A stretch of 64,000 nucleotides of DNA from positions 29,678 through 93,677 of IMG/VR virus record IMGVR_UViG_3300010885_020237. The stretch is one strand, 5' to 3'. The position numbers and the translations under genes were made by a program. Positions within the stretch are counted from its first letter, which is position 1. The number at the start of each line of letters is the position of its first letter. Source of the stretch: a virus. Positions 9,409-17,273 of this stretch are shown here, piece after piece. Below the pieces are notes generated by a model, which was not told where the DNA came from, did no database searches, and saw only the letters and a program-made list of their open reading frames with translations.

Positions 9409-9451
9409 GACTAACCATTAGAGCGCTTTTGGCACTCTATGCGGTGTAGTC
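9409..9451 (-). promoter_or_regulatory. Extended bulged hairpin in the nrdB leader
   Basis: GACUA-C-ACC-GCA-UAGAGUGC[CAAAA]GCGCUCUA-AU-GGU-UAGUC, a GC-rich island in an AT-rich gap. Confidence 0.5.
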
Positions 9452-9469
9452 AATAAAATTTTAATTTAA

Positions 9470-9682
9470 TTAGGCCGAGGGTAACTTACTCTGTTTGTTA
9501 TTATTAGCAGTATAACTGGCTGCTATTTTTACATTATTAACATTAATGCTGTTATTATTTTGAGTAACAGGACCACCAGAGTTTAAAGCCGCAATTTGAT
9601 CGTTATACTTAACTGGTGTCTCAACGATTCTATAAGCATCGCCTTTTTTACTTTTCTTGAATATGTCTAATAAAAAACTCAT
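9470..9682 (-). CDS. Hypothetical protein
   Basis: Likely starts MSFLLDIFKK at 9682, 18 nt downstream of an ATATTTAT box; the longer track ORF overlaps the helicase. Confidence 0.6.
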   Translation of the reverse strand: MSFLLDIFKKSKKGDAYRIVETPVKYNDQIAALNSGGPVTQNNNSINVNNVKIAASYTANNNKQSKLPSA

Positions 9683-9725
9683 AGTATCTGTTTTGTTGTA
9701 ATAAATATGATCCTTTCTGATAAAA

Positions 9726-11120
9726 TTACTTTGATAGTTCGAAGAATTTTTTATGAAGATAATCTTTCTCATCAGAACTAAATGCAGCTTTATTTTGCAT
9801 CTGTGTTCTAGGTGGTCCATTCTGATTATTTCCATTATCAAAGGTAAGATCATCTTCCTCCATTTCATCTTTATTGATGTCTATCGCACCATTACTAGTA
9901 TTCACCTTTGCTGCATAAGTCATCCCATCTGATCCATATCTATTCTTCATGATATGTATACGTCCTGTTCCATTGACTTTGTCCTGACGCTTCCTAGACA
10001 GCGACATTGCAAAATCTGCTATCATCATCTTATTATAAGATCCTGCTGCTTTATCACCTTCAATTACATCGTCTTTTGCGCCCATTCTATTTACTTGCGA
10101 TACTGTCCATACAGGTACTTTTAATTCTCTAGCCATACCTTTAACAGCGCTATATATATCGTCAATCGCATCTTTTGGATCAATAGAGCGAGTTTTACTT
10201 TTTAATAGATCTACGTAATCAATAATTACAATGTCTGGAGCAGATCCTAAATCTCTACACTTTTGGATATGGGCTTCAATAGTATTGACTCCTGCTTTAC
10301 CCATAGGAAATTCTTTAATAATTAATTTTCCTTTTAGCTTTTCTATCGCAGAATTAACTTTGTCTTTATGCAAGTGTAATTGTTGAGCATCGATTCCAGT
10401 AAATAAAGCATCATATCTTTTACCAACATAGTCTTCTGAAAGTTCTAGAGTGTAATGCGCGACATTAAATCCTGCAACTACTGCTTGTGCGCCTAAGTTT
10501 ACAAGCATCCATGATTTACCTCCACCTGGGTTTCCAAATATTAAACCAAGATCACCGATTCCTAATCCTCCCATTAATAGATCATTAATATTTCCCCATG
10601 GAGTTGGTACAGCTGATCTTTGTTCTTGTCTATATCTAGTCTCGATATCTTTTTCGTATTCGTGACCTATACTTTTATTTTGTCCAGCTTTGGATGCTAC
10701 GTTAATAATGTGTCTAATGTCTTCCCATTCTCCTTTCTCTAACAATTTAACAGATTCTAAAATAGCATTTTTTAATTGTTGATTCTGACAAAAGTTTGCG
10801 AATTCTTGTTCTACGTATTCCTTATCTTCATTAGTTGCTTTTAGTGCTTCTTTTAATTGCTCTATTACGCTAACTTTTAAAATATCATTATCAATCTTTT
10901 TTACTTCTACTTGAAGAGATTCTGGAGAAGGTGTCGTATGATACTTGTAATAATAACGTAGTACTTCTGCAACAATCCATTTATGTGATGGTGAATCAAA
11001 CATCTCTGTGTTTAACACATCATTCATATTTTGTAAGAATTCTTTGTGCTTAAGTAAACTAGATAAAACTTTTATTTGAAATCCAGTTCCGTAACTCTGT
11101 AACGATCCTAATACTGCCAT
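9726..11120 (-). CDS. DnaB-like replicative helicase (T4 gp41-like)
   Basis: Walker A GNPGGGKS, YTLELSE, IIDYVDLL, VWTVSQVNR, MKNRYG. Confidence 0.95.
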   Translation of the reverse strand: MAVLGSLQSYGTGFQIKVLSSLLKHKEFLQNMNDVLNTEMFDSPSHKWIVAEVLRYYYKYHTTPSPESLQVEVKKIDNDILKVSVIEQLKEALKATNEDKEYVEQEFANFCQNQQLKNAILESVKLLEKGEWEDIRHIINVASKAGQNKSIGHEYEKDIETRYRQEQRSAVPTPWGNINDLLMGGLGIGDLGLIFGNPGGGKSWMLVNLGAQAVVAGFNVAHYTLELSEDYVGKRYDALFTGIDAQQLHLHKDKVNSAIEKLKGKLIIKEFPMGKAGVNTIEAHIQKCRDLGSAPDIVIIDYVDLLKSKTRSIDPKDAIDDIYSAVKGMARELKVPVWTVSQVNRMGAKDDVIEGDKAAGSYNKMMIADFAMSLSRKRQDKVNGTGRIHIMKNRYGSDGMTYAAKVNTSNGAIDINKDEMEEDDLTFDNGNNQNGPPRTQMQNKAAFSSDEKDYLHKKFFELSK

Positions 11121-11134
11121 AACTTATTTTATTT

Positions 11135-12163
11135 TTAACGATACTTGCTTAATTGATTGAACTTTTCAAACAGCCATATTTGTAAATTGTTTATACTTTT
11201 TCCAAGATCATCTTCTTCATAGAACTCAGCGAATTCTTTTGGTCTAAATGTCTTAGTGGGATTCTCTAGCACGTATTCTATTTCTAATAATGAATCCTCT
11301 GGTATATTTGGATTTTTTAAATCCATTAATTGTTCATTGATCCTTAACTGATGTTCGAAGTTAGCAATACTTTCGTATGCTTTTCCAGTTCCAGTTTGTG
11401 CTTTCTCTAGTACTTCATCTAATGTAGCTACTTCATTATTAGCAAATTCAGGGTATAATTTAGTAACTGTTTTAATTCCTAATCCTTTAATGCCAGGTAC
11501 GTTATCTCCACTGTCTCCTAACAATACTTCTTGATTTAAGAAGTTTTGAGGCGTTACTCCGTACTCTTCTAATACCTGCTTGTATTGATAGAATTTTTTC
11601 TTGATAGGAGAATATACTGTAACTTTTTCATTCACGAGCTGTAAATAGTCTCGGTCGCTAGATACAATTGTAACTTCTCCATTTAATTTACCAGTTATAT
11701 AACCAATAACATCATCAGCTTCAATTTTGTCTATTGATAAAAGATCTACTGGTAAGCATTTTAGGTAATCTATTAACCTCAATATTTGATTTGTAATAGA
11801 TTCTGCTTCCTGCTCTTGATCATCGAATAAATCCCAATTGGTCACTCTACGATAACCTCTATTGGCTTTATATTCTGGATATAAGTACCTTTTATTTGTA
11901 GATCCTCCTTGGCCATCGAACACTAATATTACTCTAGTGGGTCGAATAAGATTGATGGCGTATCCCAATGATTTGAGATAGCCCGTCAATCCACCGATAT
12001 GTACACCGTGTTTATTAACATGATTGATGATAGTAAAAGATCTTATAAAAGCATTTAATGAATCTATGATTAAGACTCTGTCATTTAACTTTAAAGGCTC
12101 TTCTTTTGCCGATTCTTCAACTGTGTTGAGAGACTCTAACATTTGTTTATATCTATCTTCCAA
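11135..12163 (-). CDS. 5'-3' exonuclease / flap endonuclease (T4 RNase H / PolI N-terminal type)
   Basis: LIIDSLN, VFDG, YPEYKANR, EADDVIG, SSDRDYLQL, GDSGDNVPGIKGLG. Confidence 0.93.
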   Translation of the reverse strand: MEDRYKQMLESLNTVEESAKEEPLKLNDRVLIIDSLNAFIRSFTIINHVNKHGVHIGGLTGYLKSLGYAINLIRPTRVILVFDGQGGSTNKRYLYPEYKANRGYRRVTNWDLFDDQEQEAESITNQILRLIDYLKCLPVDLLSIDKIEADDVIGYITGKLNGEVTIVSSDRDYLQLVNEKVTVYSPIKKKFYQYKQVLEEYGVTPQNFLNQEVLLGDSGDNVPGIKGLGIKTVTKLYPEFANNEVATLDEVLEKAQTGTGKAYESIANFEHQLRINEQLMDLKNPNIPEDSLLEIEYVLENPTKTFRPKEFAEFYEEDDLGKSINNLQIWLFEKFNQLSKYR

Positions 12164-12165
12164 TG

Positions 12166-13233
12166 TTATTCGTTTTCTGATGTATCGAAAATGTCTTTTG
12201 CGTCTGTGTCTTGTTCTTCAACAATATCAAAGTCTGCTGATCCAAGTACTTGTAACCACTGATGAGAGTACTGCTTCTTATATTTTTCTAACGCAGAAGG
12301 TTTATCATCAATAAATCCATGAACTGTCATGATTAATTTATTCGCAGCAGTAACTCCTGTGATGTGATTCTTATCGCAAGAAAGTTTAGTTCTTTTAGCA
12401 AATTCAACATCTTTGCCATTTTTGCTGGCTTTGATTTTATTAGTCCCGGAATTTGTAACATTTCCAAAAGTAATAATAAGCGATGAATCAAAAAACATTG
12501 TGTCACCTCCTTTATTCTTCATCTTTGGTTGACCCATAATATGTTCAGCTTTTGCAACCCAAACTTTATTGATCGCTACAAGAGTGTTTGTATAAGGTTG
12601 ACTCTCCTTTCTTGACATTACAATCTTTTGATTAACAAAATTACCGAACTGTTGAGACATTGCACCGGCATTCCATTCGTTGTTATTCGTAGATTTTTCT
12701 ATTGACATCTTACATGGAATAGATCCAACAGAATCCCAAAAGAAACATAGGTCATAAGGTAAATTTCCTTTCTTTTGTTCGTCTAAAATGTCTAATACAA
12801 AAGCAGATACATCTTCAATACAATTTAATTTCTCTCTATCGATGTATACAAAGAATCCTGTGTAGTCATTAACTACTCCATCAGCATCTGCAACTTCATC
12901 AAATTTAAGTCCCATTTCTCTAGCGTGGTCCCAACTCCATTTCATCTCTGTGATAATGAATACTGGTAATATGCCCATCTTTTGAGCATTAACAGCAGCT
13001 TCTAATAGTGCAGTTGTTTTACCTGTATCAGAATGACCTCTTAAAAGAGTAATGTGACCAACTGGAATTCCAGGAATTTGAAGAGCGTCTTGAAATGCTG
13101 GAGATAGTGGTATCCATGAAGCGTCTTTAAATTTTACAGATGTCGAAGATAAGTTCTTTGATTTTTTAAATTTGTCTAAACTAAATTCAGACTTGATGGC
13201 ACTTGATATTTTGCCAGTGAGTGCTTTCGCCAT
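12166..13233 (-). CDS. RecA/UvsX-like recombinase
   Basis: GIPVGHITLLRGHSDTGKTT Walker A, FFWDSVGS Walker B, KGGDTMFF. Confidence 0.88.
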   Translation of the reverse strand: MAKALTGKISSAIKSEFSLDKFKKSKNLSSTSVKFKDASWIPLSPAFQDALQIPGIPVGHITLLRGHSDTGKTTALLEAAVNAQKMGILPVFIITEMKWSWDHAREMGLKFDEVADADGVVNDYTGFFVYIDREKLNCIEDVSAFVLDILDEQKKGNLPYDLCFFWDSVGSIPCKMSIEKSTNNNEWNAGAMSQQFGNFVNQKIVMSRKESQPYTNTLVAINKVWVAKAEHIMGQPKMKNKGGDTMFFDSSLIITFGNVTNSGTNKIKASKNGKDVEFAKRTKLSCDKNHITGVTAANKLIMTVHGFIDDKPSALEKYKKQYSHQWLQVLGSADFDIVEEQDTDAKDIFDTSENE

Positions 13234-13247
13234 AACTAAATTTTTAT

Positions 13248-13808
13248 TTAATGTAATGCTTTATTTTTTCTTGAAGAAGGGTTTTTTTGCGGTCCTCTTG
13301 GGCCTCTCATTTTTTGCTTCGTTTCTTCTGTGTGAGCATTTCCTATATGCGCTTTAGACATATTTAATTTAGATTGTTCGGTATGAATTCTGCCTTTATG
13401 TTTTTCAGAAATTTTTAAACGAGTTTCTTTTGAACAAGGCGGATATTTTTTGCCTTTATTTCCGGAGCCGCTATTATTTCCTTTTGCTGATAGACGCATT
13501 TTATTTTTTGATTCGTTAGAAAAAATAAAATTAATCATGCCTTCTCCTCCGTCTGTAAGATTTACTAGAGAACCGGTTCCGATATTTTGTCTGCCTAGAC
13601 TTTTAATAAGTTCGATTTCTATTATTCCAGAATCTTCCCAAGACAAATCTTCATAAAGAATATCAATAAAATAGCCTACTTTATTAACTATATTATGCCA
13701 ATGTACATTTCTATCAGCTCTTGAAAATGCTCTTTTTAAAGTTTTTCCTCTACCTATGTAGAAAATTTCATTTGTGTCTTTTCTTCTATGCTGATATATT
13801 ATAGCCAT
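13248..13808 (-). CDS. GIY-YIG-like homing endonuclease with NUMOD3 repeats
   Basis: IIYQHRR...FYIGRG...RA...E...LVNLTDGGEG; SKETRLKIS and HTEETKQKM repeats. Confidence 0.85.
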   Translation of the reverse strand: MAIIYQHRRKDTNEIFYIGRGKTLKRAFSRADRNVHWHNIVNKVGYFIDILYEDLSWEDSGIIEIELIKSLGRQNIGTGSLVNLTDGGEGMINFIFSNESKNKMRLSAKGNNSGSGNKGKKYPPCSKETRLKISEKHKGRIHTEQSKLNMSKAHIGNAHTEETKQKMRGPRGPQKNPSSRKNKALH

Positions 13809-13912
13809 AAAATAAAAAAGAACTCAGAGGATTCAAAGATCGCGGAATGACCAATGTTTCGTGAGTTCAATAAATTTATTATAGATAGTTAATTCCGCTA
13901 ACTTTCTATCCA
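13809..13912 (-). ncRNA. Structured leader RNA, copy 2 (two hairpins with complementary 7-nt loops)
   Basis: Hairpin A GGAU-AGAA-AGUUA[GCGGAAU]UAACU-AUCU; hairpin B GAACUCA..CA..GGUC[AUUCCGC]GAUC..UG..UGAGUUC. Confidence 0.75.
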
Positions 13913-13933
13913 CAATAAATATGTTCTCCATTC

Positions 13934-14755
13934 TTAAAATGAAAACAATTCATCGATTTTGGAATCGAGATCTGTTTTCGTCGTACTTAATGTGAATGGT
14001 TTCGCAGCTGGTGCTTCTTTCTCCCATGGTAAATCTCCAATAGGATCAGTTTTTACTACAACTGAATCAGCATTTTGCTTGATCTCTTCTTCAGGATTTA
14101 AGTGCGACATTAATGCGCTTTTCATCTCTTCATAAGTGTAACGTTTAAACTGAGTCATTGGATCTGGTTGAGTAGTCAACCACTGTTTAACTTTTGCAGC
14201 ATCATCAGATAGAGGAGTAATTTTAGTTCTTACTCTTACGCTAGACGTGTTGTACGATAAACCAGTCGTTTCTTTTCCTTGTACATCAATAGTGATATCA
14301 CGACCTTCAATGGGATCTGTGAAATCTCCTACGTCCTCATCTTCAGCTAATGCTAACAAATCCATGTAGACTTGTTTACCAAACCCCCATAAAAGAACGC
14401 CTTTGTCTTCTTCGCCTCTAACGATAACTGGTACATAGATTCTCATCTTTGGTTCCAATTTTTTAGCTAGCTGCCAATCTTCTTTAACTGAAGACTTTCT
14501 TAGTCCTTGAGAAAACTCAACGATAGGATCTTTTTCGCCATAATTTGACAAAGAGATCATGGTGTTTTTATTTCCAATTCCATAATGGAAATAAAGCTCC
14601 TTAAAAGGATTGCTTTTTGTGTACATCGAAGGTACAATACGAACTAAATGTTTACCCACTGTTGGGCCCCAAAGCGTTTTTGCCAGTTCGCCTTTCTGGC
14701 CGCCTCTTGGATTTTGTAACGTAGCGAGTCTTTGCTTTAATGCAGATATATCCAT
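13934..14755 (-). CDS. Single-stranded DNA-binding protein (T4 gp32-like)
   Basis: VRIVP...PFKELYFHY...DPIVEF...GVLLWGFGK...DPIEGRDI, an acidic DELFSF tail, and its position in the replication module. Confidence 0.8.
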   Translation of the reverse strand: MDISALKQRLATLQNPRGGQKGELAKTLWGPTVGKHLVRIVPSMYTKSNPFKELYFHYGIGNKNTMISLSNYGEKDPIVEFSQGLRKSSVKEDWQLAKKLEPKMRIYVPVIVRGEEDKGVLLWGFGKQVYMDLLALAEDEDVGDFTDPIEGRDITIDVQGKETTGLSYNTSSVRVRTKITPLSDDAAKVKQWLTTQPDPMTQFKRYTYEEMKSALMSHLNPEEEIKQNADSVVVKTDPIGDLPWEKEAPAAKPFTLSTTKTDLDSKIDELFSF

Positions 14756-14819
14756 AACTATAATTGTTTATGAAGTAAATATAACCTAATCAGGTTATTA
14801 AAAAAATCTAAAACTCGAG

Positions 14820-15248
14820 TTAGACGTTAACTATTCTATGAATAGACGTGTTGAGTTTTCTTAGATCTTCTCCTTGAGTCAGTAAAATTGAATTCTTGTA
14901 ATCAGGCCAATTGATAGCAAACTTTGTATCTAATACACCTCCATTTAGAGATTTGATCAAAGTGTTTAAGGCATTAATTGTATATAAGGTATTTGAGTCC
15001 TTTTTTCTGTGTAAAAGAATAGTATTGTGTAATATCTTAGTACTACCACCTTCAAGTTCAATATTATAAGTGCACATGTATTCTTGAGAATCGGGTGATT
15101 CTAATACAAATATTTTTCTGTACATTATTTTGTACTCCTTATTTATCTCTTGTAGCCTATCTTCTAGATTATCCTTAGTAGCAAAGCTACAAAATAACTT
15201 GTTCATTAGCGATTCTTGTGTTAATTCGAGTGTCTTGAAATCCTGCAT
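14820..15248 (-). CDS. Hypothetical protein
   Basis: 142-aa ORF with its own ATATTTAT box; no function recognised. Confidence 0.75.
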   Translation of the reverse strand: MQDFKTLELTQESLMNKLFCSFATKDNLEDRLQEINKEYKIMYRKIFVLESPDSQEYMCTYNIELEGGSTKILHNTILLHRKKDSNTLYTINALNTLIKSLNGGVLDTKFAINWPDYKNSILLTQGEDLRKLNTSIHRIVNV

Positions 15249-15278
15249 AACTATTGAGTATAAATATGATAAATAGGG

Positions 15279-16580
15279 TTAAAATGAATAATTAATGCCA
15301 TACTTGTGTTTTACCACTAAGTTTTCTCCTTCCATTATTTCTTTTATTTTTATTAGAAGTTCTTTTCCATCTTGTATATCGAAGTCGAATAAGAAAGCAT
15401 CATAGGTGATTAATACAAGCTTCGTCCTTAGCTTATTGTCATCAAGGTATTGGTTTATACGCTCTATTTTATCTACGTTGACCAGAGTCTCCATATTCTG
15501 CACCATGTAATTAAATAGCTTAAGCTTGTTCATCTCATTTGAGAATTTAAGAATGCTATTAGTAGGTAATGCGATTGCACCTTGTCTTTTGTAGGTTTCC
15601 CATAAATCAGTGATATAAGAGTCTAGTAACGCAAAAAACTTGATGTGAGTGTATTTTTTATTTACTCCTCCGTATAACTGTCTAAAAGTAATTGTTTTTG
15701 CCTCAACATATTCATTTTCAGTAAGGGTGTCTTTACCGAAGTATTGTTTACCAAGAAAGGTATGTATTGATTCTTTTCCCCAATCGTAACCAATTAATGT
15801 TCCAATTAATCTTAAGTGATAAGCTTCAAAATCGAATTCTACAAAATAGGTATTTTTCGGTATAAAGCAGTCTCTAAAATCATTATCTTTTGGTATCGCA
15901 AGGAAATTAATGCTATTAAATGAATTTGTTGGTCGACCAGTTAGATTATAAAGATTATAATAAGAATAGATAAGATCATTAATTTTAGAACTTGATTCTA
16001 TGGTTAATTGGTATTTAGTTTTAAATTTTACCTCATCAATTCTTATTGGATTCTGCTCTACACTTTTATAAGCTGATACCAATCTATTTTGAAATTTAGT
16101 GTCTGACTCTAAACCAAAAAATGCTTTAACAATATCATATAAACATTGGCATCTTTCGTAATGTTTAGATATTGGTATTATCTCATTTACATTTGCTAGA
16201 TTAGAAAATCTAGAGTAGTAATTGTGTTGTAATAAGCTTTCACATTCGAATGGACTATAGTTATTGGTTTGATCTAAATAGATAAAATTTATATCTATAC
16301 TATTAGGCAGGTCTAAAAAATAGGAGTGATACTTTTTATCTATTAAGAATATGGTCTTATGTTTAGATAAGAACTGTTCTACCGACTTTATATCGAGAGA
16401 AAAAGATTCAGAGTGTTTGAAAGGGAATATATAGCCTTTTACACCGTTATTATAATATAATAGGCTGGGATATGATAGTTTTGGGTGGAATTTATCATTA
16501 CCTGAAATCAATTGTACAAAGCATTCTTCGCCTGCTTGCATTTGATTTAACTGATCTAACGTTTCTACTATAAAATACAT
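15279..16580 (-). CDS. Second, divergent family A DNA polymerase-like protein
   Basis: LTGRP, RDCFIP, motif A EFDFEAYHLR, motif B AKTITFRQLYG, NYMVQ, motif C TYDAFLFD; no recognisable intact exonuclease motifs. Confidence 0.8.
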   Translation of the reverse strand: MYFIVETLDQLNQMQAGEECFVQLISGNDKFHPKLSYPSLLYYNNGVKGYIFPFKHSESFSLDIKSVEQFLSKHKTIFLIDKKYHSYFLDLPNSIDINFIYLDQTNNYSPFECESLLQHNYYSRFSNLANVNEIIPISKHYERCQCLYDIVKAFFGLESDTKFQNRLVSAYKSVEQNPIRIDEVKFKTKYQLTIESSSKINDLIYSYYNLYNLTGRPTNSFNSINFLAIPKDNDFRDCFIPKNTYFVEFDFEAYHLRLIGTLIGYDWGKESIHTFLGKQYFGKDTLTENEYVEAKTITFRQLYGGVNKKYTHIKFFALLDSYITDLWETYKRQGAIALPTNSILKFSNEMNKLKLFNYMVQNMETLVNVDKIERINQYLDDNKLRTKLVLITYDAFLFDFDIQDGKELLIKIKEIMEGENLVVKHKYGINYSF

Positions 16581-16601
16581 TATTTATAACCTTTATTAGA
16601 T

Positions 16602-16609
16602 CAAATATA
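16602..16609 (-). promoter_or_regulatory. Bacteroidota-type -7 promoter box at the head of the replication module
   Basis: TATATTTG about 21 nt upstream of ATG 16580. Confidence 0.45.
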
Positions 16610-16638
16610 CAATAAGATATTGACAATATAAGGTTGAT

Positions 16639-17271
16639 CTATTCAGTAGGGCGAGAGAATTTAGAATAGTCTCCACCGATATAGTCAATAAGACCGAAGA
16701 AATTTGCATTTGCCGCCATAATTAATCTTTGGTTCGTATCTATTATGCCGGCTCTTGTGTCGTATTGATTTATTCTTTTTGAATTCAATGAGCCAGTTAA
16801 TTTCCATCTTATTTTTACAGTTTGTAATAATGATGTATCATATCCAGCAGTACCATTAGTAATTTGTAAATAATCTAATGGCGATATTTCAGTGATATAT
16901 CCATTTTCATTTATTTTTTTCATGAAATATCTATCTATATAACCAAGATCGTAATCGCTCTGTATTGGTTTTGGAAAATATCCGCTAGGAAATTTTGATT
17001 GATTAGATACTATCTTTGTTACATTCGCTAATTGCTGTTTAAGAGCTTGAGGAGCTTTCATATTAGAAAGTCCAGCTATAGATACATTAGCTACAGATAC
17101 CGGCTCTAAAAATTCATTAGATCCTACTATAGGATTTGCTCCAGCAAAAGAACTACCTTCTGATGTGGTATAATAAAGTCCAACATACGGAATTCCATTT
17201 AATCGAAAAGAACCACCTTTTGTAATTTGATTTGTTTTTACTTTAAAAGATGGATAGTATCTTACTGGCAT
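16639..17271 (-). CDS. Hypothetical protein, probably virion/baseplate associated
   Basis: Last gene of the tail/baseplate block; 210 aa. Confidence 0.7.
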   Translation of the reverse strand: MPVRYYPSFKVKTNQITKGGSFRLNGIPYVGLYYTTSEGSSFAGANPIVGSNEFLEPVSVANVSIAGLSNMKAPQALKQQLANVTKIVSNQSKFPSGYFPKPIQSDYDLGYIDRYFMKKINENGYITEISPLDYLQITNGTAGYDTSLLQTVKIRWKLTGSLNSKRINQYDTRAGIIDTNQRLIMAANANFFGLIDYIGGDYSKFSRPTE

Positions 17272-17273
17272 AG

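Noticed and set aside
6189-13912. Kissing-loop leaders as hammerhead or HDV-like ribozymes or group I intron remnants
   Set aside because: GAAA is present, but there is no CUGANGA core, no HDV-like nested pseudoknot and no group I P7 elements; the flanking genes are not interrupted.
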